DNA from: Octopus vulgaris | Lineage: Eukaryota | DNA length: 64,000 bases | NCBI GenBank assembly: GCA_951406725.2 | Contig: OX597822.1 | Span: 66,030,001 to 66,094,000 of the forward strand | Direction: 5' to 3' | Part shown: in pieces, positions 41,955 to 55,759 of the stretch | Layout: each line of letters begins with the position of its first letter | Numbering within the stretch: position 1 is the stretch's first letter | Notes under the pieces: model-generated | What the model was told of the DNA's origin: nothing | Database searches by the model: none | Seen by the model: only the letters and a program-made list of their open reading frames with translations | Translations under genes and position numbers: made by a program

Positions 41955-42436
41955 TAGTGAAAGACCAAAACAATAAAGTTTGCTTATTGATTGACATGAG
42001 CATCCCCTGTGATCATAATATCTCAGCGAAAGAGTTTGACAAGCTCAGAAAATATAAAGACCTACTCATTGAAATTGAGAAAATGTGGCATCTCAAGGCG
42101 GTTACAATACCAGTGATCGTAGGAGCACTAGGAATGATCAAGAAGGGAACCGAAAATTATATGAGAATGATCCCTGGCTTACCATCCCTGCAAGAAGTGC
42201 AAAAGATTGTCTTAACTAGTACATCACACGTATTGAGAAGAGCATTGTCGATGTGAGAACTGTTGCTGCTCATGCATTTTAATTTAACTTAAAAAAAAAA
42301 AATTTTTTTTTTAAATGAACGAACTACTGAGTTTGGTTTAATGGCCTACCAATATACACTATGAGTTTCTTTGCCCTAGGAGTCGGGAAGACACTCGGCA
42401 AGAAATGGAAGAAAATTTGAAAGAAGAAAAAAAAGT
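41955..42436 (+). mobile_element. 5'-truncated R4/Dong 3' end inserted in (TAA)n; reading frame intact to stop at 42256
   Basis: VKDQNNKVCLLIDMSIPCDHNISAKEFDKLRKYKDLLIEIEKMWHLKAVTIPVIVGALGMIKKG...QKIVLTSTSHVLRRALSM*. TAA repeats on both sides. Confidence 0.92.
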
Positions 42437-42480
42437 AATAATAATAATAATAATAATAATGATAATCATTATTATTATTA

Positions 42481-42545
<65 letters not shown>

Positions 42546-42574
42546 ATGACAGTGACAATGAATCTCCCAATGCT

Positions 42575-43552
42575 GGAGATGTAAGAATTTGATGTGGCAT
42601 TTCCCAGGGTGGCTCTCTATAATCACTCCTGTTTTGCTTAGCCTGAATACCTCTCTCGAAATTGCTCGATGATGTACAATATGGCTGTAGATGTCTGATA
42701 AAAATATTAATCATCTCTTTTATATGGATGATTTAAAGCTCTTTGCAAAAAACATGACCAACAACTACAAGGCTTACTAGCAGTTGTTAAACAGTTCAGT
42801 GATGACATCAGGATGCAATATGGCCTCAAGAAATGTGCAAAAGCTACCTTTATCAAAGACAAAATGACAGAAACCTCCAACAGTAATCTTGACCAGCAGA
42901 ATGTCGTAAAGGAGTTCGAACCAGCGGAGAGCTACAAATACCTGGAGGCATTTGAAGGTGATAAAGTCAAACATTCATTGATGAGGTAAAGGATTAGAAG
43001 AGAATGTTATCGCAGGTTGATGGCAGTACTGAAGATAGAGCTGAATGCAAGAAACAGGATCGAATCGATCAATACTTTAGCCATGCCCGTTGTGACTTAT
43101 ACTTTCAATATCATTAACTGGACAATTACTGACATACCTAATCTTGGCAGAAAAATACGAAAATTGTTGACAATGCATAGAATGCACCACTCTTAGGCAG
43201 ATATAGAACGACTTTATCTGCCAAGCAAACAGGATGGCCATGTACTTATACAACTGGGAATAACAATAAAGATTGCCACAATTGGCCTCAATGCTCACCT
43301 AGAAAACTCTGATGACAGGATGTTAAAATTTGTTTTAAATCATGAAAACAAGAAAGCATCATACTTACTAACGAAACAGGCAAAGAAGTATCTAAGGGAA
43401 TTCCAAATACAACAAATCGGAGAATTAGACATACTAGAAACAAGCACAGAAAAAGCTAAGCGTATGGAAAACCGTACTGAAACTGCTGCTTTAGATATTC
43501 TTAATAATAAATGGCAAGAAAAACCTCTCAATGGCAAATACCCAAAGAGAGC
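42575..43552 (+). mobile_element. R4/Dong fragment: RT domain, degraded
   Basis: GISQGGSL..LLFCLA; INHLLYMDDLKLFAK (YMDD at 42721-42732); FSDDIRMQYGLKKCAK; ESYKYL; ELNARNRIESINT; KIRKLLTMHRMHH; WQEKPLNGKYP. Confidence 0.9.
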
Positions 43553-43554
43553 TA

Positions 43555-43946
43555 AGAGTCACAAGGCCTGAAATTTCATGGTCGGGGATAAGTGAATCAC
43601 CTGGGCCCCAGTACTAAAGTCTGAGAGGATGAAAGGCAAAGTCGACACAGGTGGAATTTGAATTCAGAAAGTACAGCCGACGTGCAAACAATACTGCCAG
43701 CTCACTGCCTTAATAACAACGATAGTATTAATCCTTTTTACGATAGGCACAATGCCTGAAATTTGGGGGAGATAACTGGTCGATTACATCGACATCGGTG
43801 CCTGACTGATAATTATTTTGTAGAAATCTAAGGATGAAAGGTAAAGTCAACCTCTGCGGAATTTGGACTCACAACGCAAGGACGGGCGAAATGCCGTTAT
43901 GCATTTTTTCCCGGCGTGTTATCAACTCTGCCACCTCACCGCCTTC
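43555..43946 (-). mobile_element. Two diverged SINE family B copies in tandem
   Basis: GGATGAAAGGCAAAGTCGAC...GGAATTTGAA...TGCCAGCTCACTGCCTT and GGATGAAAGGTAAAGTCAACC...CTGCCACCTCACCGCCTT. Confidence 0.75.
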
Positions 43947-43989
43947 ATATTGAAAATAACAATAACGATGATGTATGTATGTATGTATG

Positions 43990-44076
<87 letters not shown>

Positions 44077-44517
44077 TTATCTATATATCGCTTTATCTAT
44101 CAATCAATCAATCAATCTATCTATCTATATTTATATATGACTGTCTATGTGCATATGTACATACACGTATAATTGTGTGTGTGAGGGTGTATATAAAGAC
44201 ACAAGCATGCATACATATACACATACATACATATATATACATACACACACACATACATACATTCATATATACATACATACATACATACATACCTACACAC
44301 ACATGCATACATATATACATACATGCAGATGTACGTACATTCAGAGATTCTGTCACAATATTCATCTCACTCGCGATATTTCAATGAATTCTTAGAACGA
44401 ATATTCACATCAAGTGTAAAGATGTATGTGCGTGTGTGCATGCGTGTGTGTGTGTGTGCCTGTGTGTGTATGTGTGTATAAGTGTGTGTACACGTATATA
44501 TATATATATATATATAA

Positions 44518-44642
44518 TGGCAGTGTGGTGCGTGGTTCCGGATTCAGCTCAACTGTCTAGCACCATGGGTAAATGTTTTCTACGATAGCCTCATGTCGAC
44601 TAATGCTTTTTGAGTGTATTTTGAAGACAGAAACACTAGGAA

Positions 44643-44733
<91 letters not shown>

Positions 44734-44945
44734 CTTTGAGTCTATCTTTTATTCCCCGTCACCAACTGACATTCTATGTTGGTGTGTTTACGGCCCCGCA
44801 ATCTAACGCTCCGGCAACACTCACACATAGGTTGAGTACCAGGCTTTAGAGAACAAAGGTATTGGGGACTAGTCGTTCGACTAAAATCCCTGAAGCGTTG
44901 ACCCAGCATGGCCAAAATCTAATAACTAAAGCATGTAAAAGATAA
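44518..44945 (+). mobile_element. SINE family A, old copy
   Basis: GTGGTTCCGGATTCAG...CACCATGGGTAAATG...TGTTGGTGTGTTTACG...CCAGCATGGCC. Confidence 0.65.
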
Positions 44946-45237
44946 ATGATATACGATATGAATATTTGTTGAATACCCAAAATTACAATACACAAAATGA
45001 ATTACAAATCATATTTAGATTAAAATATTCAGTAACATGAACTTATAACAGATGTCTCAAGATTTTTGCACCTTTATTTACATACAGACTTCATTCATCA
45101 CGCATACTGACAAAATCAATCTTTAATTCCTCTCTTTAAAACATCTATGATTCTAGAATTCTAAATGAAGATGACACATTTACGAAACATCCTTCGAACC
45201 TAATTACTTCAGCCCGTTTTATTCTTCGCCGCCTCTC

Positions 45238-45452
45238 ATCAAATCAAGTCAAATCAAATTTATTGTGCATAAGCCATGAAATAAAGAAAAACAGTTATTG
45301 TTATTCACAGTTGCATACATAGTCGCCACAGTTGTCTAGAGCCTCTTTGAACAAGGGAGTGGTGGGCAGCTGAATGACATCTTGTGGTAGCTTGTTCCGC
45401 GGGGCTGAGATACTGACGGAGAATGCGGCCTCGCGCCTGTTGAGACGAAGAT
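45238..45452 (-). mobile_element. Short 3' fragment of a CR1-like LINE related to 10021-10829, with a different (TTTGA)-type tail
   Basis: HLRLNRREAAFSVSISAPRNKLPQDVIQLPTTPLFKEALD aligns with FHLNRRRGAFSVRVADPWNKLPDEMVKMPTTALFKASLD. Confidence 0.8.
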
Positions 45453-45489
45453 GTATTTTTTCTGTTTTCTTTTCCCTTCCTCCTTCTTT

Positions 45490-45782
45490 CACACATCTTG
45501 TTGTTTGTTCCTTTTCGAGCCACGCCTGGCTCGTTAGGGCCGGTTTCCTGGTTTCTTTAGTGTATAGGTTCCCCACCTGGACGGTGAGCTGCAAGATGTA
45601 GGAAGAAAGAGTGAAAGTTGTGGCGAAAGAGTCACCAGAAGTTCGCCATTACCTTCTGCCAGAGCTGCGTGGAGCTTAGGTGTTTCGCTCATAAACACAC
45701 ACATCGCCCGGCCTGAGATTCGAATCCGCCATCCCTCGACCGCGAATCCGCTCCTCTAACCACTAGGCCAGGTGCCTCCACT
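45490..45782 (-). mobile_element. tRNA-headed SINE family D
   Basis: GGCACCTGGCCTAGTGGTTAGAGG (A box), GGATTCGAATC (B box); tail CCGTCCAGGTGGGGAAC...GAAACCGGCCC as at 16773. Confidence 0.78.
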
Positions 45783-46599
45783 GCACACGTCTTAGTATCA
45801 ATATAAAACTTCCAATTTTTTTAATATGTCACCACTTCATACTCACAGGGTACTAGTGAACAGGAAGCTATCATAGAAATCACTTGAGCAGCTCGCCGCA
45901 GTGGGATCGAAACCCAAACCCTTGTATTAGCGAAACGAAATTTGTAAATATAGTGCCAACTTTATATCCATCATTAAACCACCGAATTATCAACAAATAT
46001 TTGCAATACATTCACTGCATTTGAGTAAACGTTTCGAAATCTATTTTATAGGAATATATGACAAATGATATAGAGGTCGAACGCATTCATTAAATATTTG
46101 AAGAAATGTAAAAACAATATACAATACTCTGAGATATCATTACAGTAATGATATCAAAATCAGGTGAATACTGGCGGTATTACTCCACCTGGTATTGACT
46201 CGAAGTCAATATTGTTCTTAATTCTCAAGCATCTCATTCCATCGATTTCTCATCATCCTTGTCAACTTTCATAAATTTTGTATCAGCATGATCTCGTAGG
46301 TTGTTATCAAAGTCACAATATCTCAAGTGAATTCACCTGAATTACGTTGAGACGCGCGCGCACACACAGACACATAAAAGTTTTAAATAAAGGAGCATTA
46401 TTATAATTAGATGATGTACGTTACATGTATATATTTCACGGCAAAACAGTTCTAATTTTGTTAAATGTAAGTACTATGTACTTTTTACTAAAATACTTTA
46501 GTATTTTTGTTGAAAAATTCAGTATTATTTAATCGGGTTAATAAAAGCAACCTTAACTACCAATGTGTAGGCTATAGAAGCTGGTAGAGTTTCAGCAAG

Positions 46600-47176
46600 T
46601 ATTGGGTTGTCCGAAAGTTTGTGCCGATTTTGAAAGGAAAGAAAAAAGGAAGAAAGTCAATAAATACTTGCCATTACATTTTTAATAAACCAAATACGAA
46701 TCATTTTGTTGCACAATGCGTCTCCATCTTTCCTTTAACCTGAAAATACTCTCTTCCCAGAATTGAGCTGGTTTCATTGCAAAGAATTCATCAAGGTATC
46801 TTCTTACGTCATTCAAGGAATTGAATTTTTTACCATTAAGACTATTCTGCAGAGACCTGAATAAGTGGAAATCCGAAGGTGCAAATATCTGGTGAATATG
46901 GAGGGTGGGGTAACACTTCCCAGCCGAGTTGCAGCATTTTTTGTCTAGTTCCCAAACATCAAGTGCCGAAAATGAACTTTCTTATCTTCCATTATAAAGG
47001 GTTACAAAATTAACACAAGTTATAGGAACATAAACCTTCTGCCACGAAAAGATAGCTTAAACTGTGCTCTAAATGGAGATGTAGTCAAATCCTATTTTAT
47101 GGACTCAACCATGTTCTAAAATAAGTCCAAACGTAAGCTACTATAAATCGGCACGAACTTTCCGGACAACCCAGTA
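46600..47176 (-). mobile_element. Internally deleted mariner (about 575 bp) with intact TIRs
   Basis: TA-TTGGGTTGTCCGAAAGTTTGTGCCGATTT / AAATCGGCACGAACTTTCCGGACAACCCAG-TA. MEDKKVHFRHL start joined almost directly to GWEVLPHPPYSPD. Confidence 0.9.
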
Positions 47177-47929
47177 GACAGTTGACGTTAGCTTTAATTG
47201 CTCAAGATTACGAAAGTGCAGTTATTAATGGCAGACGCTCATAAGCATATGAAAGCAGACAGATGTATGCTTTCCTAAGAAGTTAAATTTCTGGTAGTTC
47301 CAAATTAAATTTATTGAATGAAGAATGACCGAACATATTTGAATATATCGGAACTACATCGCACATTAGAACATCTTACATTATGATGCACCATGTTAAA
47401 TAGAAAGAAAACAAAACATTATCATCCCGTTTAAATTTCCTTGATAAATGACGAGGAAATATGAATTTCATTATTGTCAATTCAACCATGGAACATATGC
47501 ACTGAAATTTATGCAGGAATGCTTTTGTTCTCTGTTTCCATTTTCCTTATCAGCTTATCTACATGCTATAATTCATTTACATTATACCCAGGGAATTTTC
47601 CGATCATTATCAAAACATAAAAAGAATTTACGAAGACAATAAAGGGAAAATAAAGAAAAACAATATTTGAAATAATGATTTCTAACATAGGAACAAAGAT
47701 TGTCGGGAAAGCGTTTCAATAATAATAATTCTTTACACAAGCACAGAGTCACAAATATGGTTGGAGTTTGAATGTCATTTATACTTTCCTCATCAGTTGC
47801 GGATTGTTTTTGCTTTCACTAGAAGGATTAAAGACGAAACCGTAAGCAACGAGATTTGAACTCAAAGCAGAAATAACGGAACTAGATACAGCGTGACAAT
47901 GATAATGAATACAATGGTAGTAATAATAT

Positions 47930-48145
47930 CGGTTTAAAATTTTTGGCACAATGCCAGCAATTTCAGAGGAAGGTGTGAATCGATTACATCAACCACAGTA
48001 TTCAAATGGTCCTTATTGTCATCGATTCCGTTAGGATGAAAGGCAAAGTCAACCTTGGTGGATTTTGAACTCAGAACATAAAGACCGACGAAATGCCCTT
48101 CAGCATTGTGTGCAGAGTTCTAACGGTTCACCCATCTTGCAACTT
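47930..48145 (-). mobile_element. SINE family B, old copy
   Basis: TCGATTACATC...GGATGAAAGGCAAAGTCAACCTTGG...TTTGAACTCAGAAC. Confidence 0.75.
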
Positions 48146-50897
48146 TAATGATAGTAATAGCATTTCTTGCCTTCTATTGATTTACTATACTCAATCTTCT
48201 TGATGTTGTGCTCCAGTTCGGGAATAAACAGACGCAAAATTCAAGGGACGTCACTCAATTATATTCACCTCCAGGTTTATCGGCTGACTTCGGAGAGTCA
48301 AGACTTTGTTCTTTTCCACTCTGCTCACTTAGGCCGTCTAACGTTATGTGCATTTTCATTGAGAATGACCTCGAGTGCATTTATCCAGGGTATCCAAATT
48401 TCGCTGATATATATACTATATCTAAATTCATTTAGTTGACATCCTAAATGAAGGGACTTTGATCTCAATCTAACAAAACGTTTAAGATATCTTTACGTTG
48501 AATAGTAAACTAAAACTGTAATTTTTTTTTGTTTTGCTTTGTGTAGTTTATTAAATCGTTTCTTCACGTCGTTTTGGTTGCCACAAATGTAATCGCTGTT
48601 GATATTGTTATTGTTATTTTTGTTATGGTAGTGGGACGGAGATTAGCTTGCAAGCTCTTTGGTATTTCGTTCAGATTCGAAAACGTTTGTAAAGTGACAA
48701 CCTATATTAGTTGTCATCTTTGCTCTTGCAACGTATTTAAATTCCTCTTATTTACATTGCTGAAAATGAGAAATTTAGGAATCTTCTTCTTTTGCAATTA
48801 ATGATGTATCTTCCACATGTTCAGAAGACATTTGGCGTTAAGAAGTAAAAAAAAAATAGAGAAACAAATAATTCTCATTTATATTTCGTAACTAGGGTAA
48901 AATTTGCATTTATAAATTGGTTATTATAGACCTAAACTTGGAGAAACTAACTTTTTGTATGTTCTATCGTAAACAAGATTTCATATGTACAACCTTAACG
49001 ACCACTTGCAATTTGGTCAAGTTCAGGTTCATGAATTCAGGTGGTTAAGTCGATATCAACCTGGCTGAAAAAGATTTAATTGAATTTTGTTCCTTTCATT
49101 TTTAAAATGTCAGACTGATACCAATGCGTGGTGGTCTCCGAGAGTCTGAAGAAGTTTGGTCATTATGCTGTCTGCGGAGAACTGATGTTCATAAGACTGG
49201 CACTTATCTTAATCATATGATCAATAAAACCTCGTATATCGAAATCAAGTGACGTCAGATTGAGCATAAAGCATTGTTTCTAAATACGTCCTCACTTCAT
49301 TCTACGCAGATTCTTAAGTCTTTGCATAATCAATGCAGGGAGAGGACAATAAATTAGGATATGCCTTACTTATTCTATTTCGTTTTTGGATTTAGTTTGC
49401 AAGATTCTTTATATGAGTTCGTGTGTTGAAGTATATTCTGTGGTGTCTGGGGAGAGTCATTTTCTTTTTGTTCCTTATAATGTAACACACCCACCGGTAA
49501 AATTTCCACTTGTTTCTAATTTTTATTTTCCTTAATTTCCACTTATTTCTTGTTTATATTTTCCTTATTTGTCTTAATTATTCATTTACAGCATATTTTT
49601 CAGATTCTCACCGGTAGTCACAACGTCAACGTTCGAATCCTTCTCATACTCCGAAACGAGATTTTTCATTTCTTGGCTAATTTTCCTACTTGTTCTTTGT
49701 ACACAACGAGGCGTGATTTGTGGAGGACGCTTTTTAAAAATATCCTACATGACAAATTCATTTTGTTATTCTTTGTTTATTCTTCAACGTGCTTCAAGTA
49801 ATCCCATCGATTAACTGTAAATCTAAGAACTGTGGATGGTCCTAGCACTTCCAAGCAGTTTTATATCGTCCGTGTCTTTACGAATAGAGGGGCTAGTAAC
49901 GTTGTACGGAGCCTCCAACTGACTGTGAGGGGGAGAGAATCTTTCGAACACTTTAATCTATCTCCATTGACACTGGTGCCCTGGATGTGTCCAATTTGTA
50001 TATTTTTCCTACAAAAATCGGAACACGAGATGATCAGACTGCAGTAGCCATTGCCGCTTTTGTAGGTTAAATTCAGTGACCGATTTTTGTTTCTGCTACT
50101 GTTTTATATGTTACCATATATTCTTGAGAATATAACACAAATGTGCTTCTTGGTAGCACAAACGTAGAACGGGAGCATGTTGCACTGTATAGCAAGTCTG
50201 AATAATGTTCAGACAAAACAACAGGTAACATAAGTATTCGGCACATTATACAATTCGGGAAATGATCATTGAGATTTACTGGTGTATCCATCAATCGACC
50301 AATATTATTGTGATTCCTCTCTTGTGTTCTCAACAGCTCCCTTGCTACACCTAAGCTTATGTTTTCTTCTATGCCTCTGAGACTTCAGTTTTGAATTTCA
50401 TCACTGCATATATTTGGGCTATATTTTATTGGATGTATTCGGGCATAAATGGGCTGTTGTGTTCATCTTACTCTATGTCGAAGACACTAATATTATTGCT
50501 AGAAATCTCTTCTCTGCTTCATCAAAAGCGAATCTTGGACGAACTTTGTAGTGTTCTTTATCAAAGCTTTCCTTCAAGAGAACGTACAAATCTCTTCCAG
50601 TTCATTTGGTAGCAGAGGTCACTCCGTTTGACTGAAGAAGTAGAAGAAAGAAGAGATAAGATAGAGGCTGAAAATCAGTGAGAAGAAAAGAGAATCAAAA
50701 TGGAAGATCAGGAAAACTAATAGATAAAAAATATGATGAAAAACAAACAAAACAAAAAGAGGAAAAATAAAGCAAAGAGCTACAAAGAATTCAAAAAGCA
50801 AGACTCCAGGTGAAGTGCAAATACAGTTAGATGTAATTCTTTAATCTTTCCACACGCGTACATATCAACACAGAAGAACACACATGCACAAATACAC

Positions 50898-50937
<40 letters not shown>

Positions 50938-51265
50938 TGAAACACAGACGCAGACACATGCACACACACACACACCCACCCACACGTATTCAAATCTGAT
51001 TAAAGCTCAGTTTGTTCACACACTTGCATAAACATTTACACAAACATCTAATTTGGAAAACATATGCCAATACATTAGATTGCCAGATATCGCTTTTCTC
51101 AAAAGGATTATTTTTCCGAATGAAAAATCTTAATATTTTCTTTCAATTCTCACAGAATTTTAAAGAATAAGTTTTTAGAATTTTATACTTGCATCTTAGA
51201 TCGAATATCCTTAAAACCTCATGATGATGCACATATAAGTGCCAAACGATATATATATATATATA

Positions 51266-51313
<48 letters not shown>

Positions 51314-51361
51314 TGTGTCTATGTATATATGTATATATATACGTATATATATATAGATAGA

Positions 51362-51394
<33 letters not shown>

Positions 51395-51553
51395 GCATGT
51401 ATATATATACATGCACATACATTCATATATATATACATATACATACATATATATACATATATACAAACATATATACATAACACTATATATGTATATATAT
51501 ATAAACATAACACCATATATGTATATATATATGCATATATATATATATGCATA

Positions 51554-51586
<33 letters not shown>

Positions 51587-52135
51587 GCATTGTGTATATA
51601 TGAATGGATGAAGCATGTTCAAGAATATTACGGTGTTTTGTTGTGTTGCGTATAAATCACGCGCATGCATGTGTGCCTTTGTGTTCCTCTCACTGTTTGT
51701 GTGCGCGTGTGTGAAACGATATTTGTGTGTGTATGAATGCGTGATGGGTTGTGCATGTGTAGTACTATATATGCACCTGTAGCATGCAGGCGTGCACTGA
51801 TTCAAAAACTATATTTCAAATTAAAGCTATTTTAATAAAGCCAAACAAATGCATACATAAAGAACACACACACGCACACACATATACACACATATACACA
51901 CACATACACAAACATGCACAAACACATACATATAAAACCAATACACATATATCTGAATAATTGGCTGTGAATGTCTGCATGTTTCTTTGTTGAAATATAC
52001 ACATACATAAGGAGCAATACCCGCACAATTAATGAGTATAATATTTACTTATTCGTGCACTGACGTGTGCAAATACATACATACATACATGATTACATAA
52101 TACATACATACACACACACATATATAAATACATAC

Positions 52136-52184
<49 letters not shown>

Positions 52185-52189
52185 GTGAA

Positions 52190-52325
52190 AGCGTGGCTGT
52201 GTGGTAAGATGCATACTTTTCAACCACATGGTTCTGGTTTCAGTCCCACTGCGTAGCAACTTCGGGTCGACCAAAGCCATGTGGGTGCATTTGATAGATG
52301 GAAACTGAAAGAAACCTGACGTATA
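52190..52325 (+). mobile_element. SINE family A, 5' part
   Basis: GTGGCTGTGTGGTAAG...CAACCACATGGTTC...CAGTCCCACTGCG...GGAAACTGAAAGAA. Confidence 0.8.
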
Positions 52326-52779
52326 TACATATGTATATATATATAGAGAGAGAGAGAGAGAGAAAGAGAGAGTGAGAGAGAGTGAGAGAGAGAAAGAGAG
52401 GGGAGAGGAATGTGAGTGGAGATGAAAGACGAGAGGAGTATAATAATGCACTGAAGCCAAATGCAACTCGTGGTTAGTTGCAGGGTGAGGCGAAGAGAGA
52501 GAGAAAATTTCGGTGAGAGAAAAGAAAGTAGAAAGGATTCATGACATGCTGTAGGATGGGGAGGGGAATGTAAAGAGAAAGAGATGTGTTTGGGATACAA
52601 TACTTAGCTGCGGGTGATGTTCTGGTGGTAAGGTTTAAGAAAGGCAGATAGAGAGAGATGGACACGGGAGGCGTTTGAATTAAGAGAGATTGAAAGACAG
52701 AGAGAGAAAGTGAGAGAGAGAAGGAGAGGAAAAGACAAGAACAGAGACAGAGAGAGATAGTAGATACCGTTTTCTATTT

Positions 52780-53624
52780 ATTTCTTTAATGCCCACTGGG
52801 CAATAAAAAAGAAATAAAACAATAAAGAAATACAACAATGAGGTGACAAACAAGGACAGACAGAGGGATTAAGTCGATTACATCGATACCAGTAATTAAC
52901 TGGAACTTATTTAATCGACCCCGAAAGGATGAAGGGCAAAGTCGACCTCGGCGGAATTTGAACTCAGAACGTAAAGACGGGTGAAATACCTATTTCTTTA
53001 CTACCCACAAGGGGCTAAACACAGAGGAGACAAACAAGGACAGACAGACGGATTAAGTCGATTATATCGACCCCAGTTCGTAACTGGTACTTAATTTATC
53101 GACCCCGAAGGTTGAAAGGCAAAGTCGACCTAGGTGAAATTTGAACTCAGAACGTAACGGCAGACGAAATACCTATTTCTTTATTACCCACAAGGGGCTA
53201 AACACAGAGGGGACAAACAAGGACAGACATAGGTATTAAGTCGATTATATCGACCCCAGTGCGGAACTGGTACTTAATTTATCGACCCCGAAAGGATGAA
53301 AGGCAAAGTCGACCTCGGCGGAATTTGAACTCAGAACGTAACGACAGACGAAATACCGCTAAGCATTCCGCCCCGGGTGCTAACGTTTCTTATGTCTTTA
53401 TTGCCTACAAGGGGCTAAACATAGAGAGGACAAACAAGGACAGGCAATGGGATTAAGCCGATTACATCGACACCAGTACGTAACTGGTACTTATGTAATC
53501 GAACCCGAAAGGATGAAAGGCAAAGTCGAGCTCGGCAGAATTTGAACTCAGAACGTAACGGGACACGAAATACAGCTCAGCATTTCGCCAGGCGCGCTAA
53601 TGTTTCTTCCAGCTCGCCGCCTTC
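52780..53624 (-). mobile_element. SINE family B tandem tetramer (about 183-bp units)
   Basis: Four ACAAACAAGGACAG...CGATTA.ATCGA...GAAAGGCAAAGTCGA...TTTGAACTCAGAACGTAA units; complete head only at the right end. Confidence 0.92.
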
Positions 53625-53707
53625 TATTGTCAGAACATCACGGCAAGAAAATGTAGATATACTGGACTGAAATAAAATTGAATAAACTTTGTTACTGAAA
53701 GCTATAG

Positions 53708-53716
53708 TGATGGTGG

Positions 53717-53770
<54 letters not shown>

Positions 53771-53828
53771 GTGGTGGTGGTGGTGGTGGTGGTGGTGGTG
53801 GTGGTGGTGGTGGTGGTGGTGGTGGTGG
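53708..53828. repeat. (GAT)n followed by (GGT)n microsatellite
   Basis: Seen directly. Confidence 0.97.
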
Positions 53829-54329
53829 AGTTGGTGTGTTGATAGTGAAAAGTAGATTTTTATTGAAATAAATCTGTAATATTTATTCTTTTATGTGTTT
53901 GTTTACACTTTACGCTTTAGTGTGTTAGAGAGGGGGAGGGAATGTGAGGGTGAGTGAGAGTGCAAATAGTCAGTCGATGCATTTGCTGTCACTCATGTGG
54001 TAAGTGGTTAGAGGAGTTAGGCAGTGAAAAGAGAGAAATGTTAAAGACGTGAAGAGGGGAATTACATCGTTAAAATATTTGTTGAGCAGGCAGCGAAAGA
54101 GAGAGAAAGAGAGAGAGAGCAGGAGAGAATCTTGTGAGTAGATTTGGTAGACAGAAACTGCGTGTGTATGCGTTTCTGTGTGTGTATGTTTGTATATACT
54201 TTTGATAGAATAAACATATTAATTATTAATATATTTCAGTAGATATAATGAGCGAATGTATATAAAATGAAATCTGAGAAGAATACGGAAAAGACAAATA
54301 GAGATAGGGCTTGGTGTAGATATCATATC

Positions 54330-54660
54330 GGGCCCCCCTTCGGTCACGACACTGACCATGGGATTGCACCTAGAAAGTTACCCTCCTAATCGCAAGTCTG
54401 GGCAAAGTGGTTTATGGAAGGCCAGCAGTCGCCCATGCATACCGGCCTCCCCTCTCCACACCACCAGTGTTATCCAAGGGAAAGGCAAAGGCCGATACAG
54501 CTTGGCACCAGTGAGGTCGCAACTCATTTCTACAGCTGAGTGAACTGGAGCAACATGAAATAAAGTGTCTTGCTCAAGAACACAACACGCAGCCCGGTCA
54601 GGGATTCGAACTCACAACCTCACGACGTAAGCTCGACGCTCTAACCACTGAGCCACGCGC
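54330..54660 (-). mobile_element. tRNA-headed SINE family C
   Basis: Minus strand GCGCGTGGCTCAGTGGTTAGAGCGTCGAGC...GAGTTCGAATCCC (A/B boxes), TTCTTGAGCAAGACACTT CORE-like motif, tail GTGACCGAAGGGGGG. Confidence 0.85.
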
Positions 54661-55048
54661 AGGCATACAAACACACACTGAGAAACACCACGCGCGCGCG
54701 CACATATACACACAACTAAACACGTACACACTCACACGTACATACGTATATATATATATATACATGCTTGACCGCTAAATACACAAGTGCTTTTTTTTAT
54801 TCTATCTGTTTATTTTCTGTTATTCATTTCTCTTAAAGTGCGAAGGCTCGAAACTTAAAAGACTTTCTCACTAATACACCTGTATTCATCTTTTGTTTTC
54901 CTGACAGACAGACAGAGGGAAAGCATTTTAGCTCTTATTTCTAGCAATATTTCTAACACCCTAGTCACATTTAGAGACAGTTATAATCTCATTTTGAGCG
55001 AAACATAGAAAACTAATATATATATATATACATATAGATATATGAATA

Positions 55049-55152
<104 letters not shown>

Positions 55153-55359
55153 CATACATACATACATACATACATACATACATACATACATACATAACTA
55201 CATAGGTATATATATATATATATATATAAATATAGGGATGGTATTATTAAAATACCATCACAAGTGGTAAGCGAATTATTAGCCGTACAGGCAGATTACT
55301 TCTGTACCACCGAAAAATCACAAATCTATTACAGACAAGATAGGAAAAATATCAGATAG

Positions 55360-55415
<56 letters not shown>

Positions 55416-55724
55416 GGGTGAATGTGTATCCTTCTCACTACAATATATATGTACACGATACTATCAAGACAGAATCTTCATATATTATTTGAATTACGGA
55501 ATATAAATGCATTCACATATATTCGCTCCTGAGATATAGACACCCTTGAACAAATATGCAAGCCATATTCGCTAACAAATTAAATTACATATGTTAAAAT
55601 GTATACATTTTTATTTAAATATACATATATATCAAATATGCGTCCTAGCGTACTCAATTGTGTGTGTACATACAAACATATATATATATATATATATATA
55701 CATATACATACACACAAACACACA

Positions 55725-55759
<35 letters not shown>

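Noticed and set aside
52780-53624. Regularly spaced repeats resembling a CRISPR-like array
   Set aside because: Whole ~183-bp units repeat with no unique spacers; these are SINE multimers and no cas-like ORF is present.
54590-54660. tRNA gene (likewise 16775, 45710-45780, 59400-59454)
   Set aside because: A/B boxes are present but no complete cloverleaf, and each continues into a SINE body.
54825-54865. GCGAAGGCTCGAAACTTAAAAG as a decayed hammerhead
   Set aside because: The CUGANGA box is not recognisable, so it is too degenerate to call without a family consensus.
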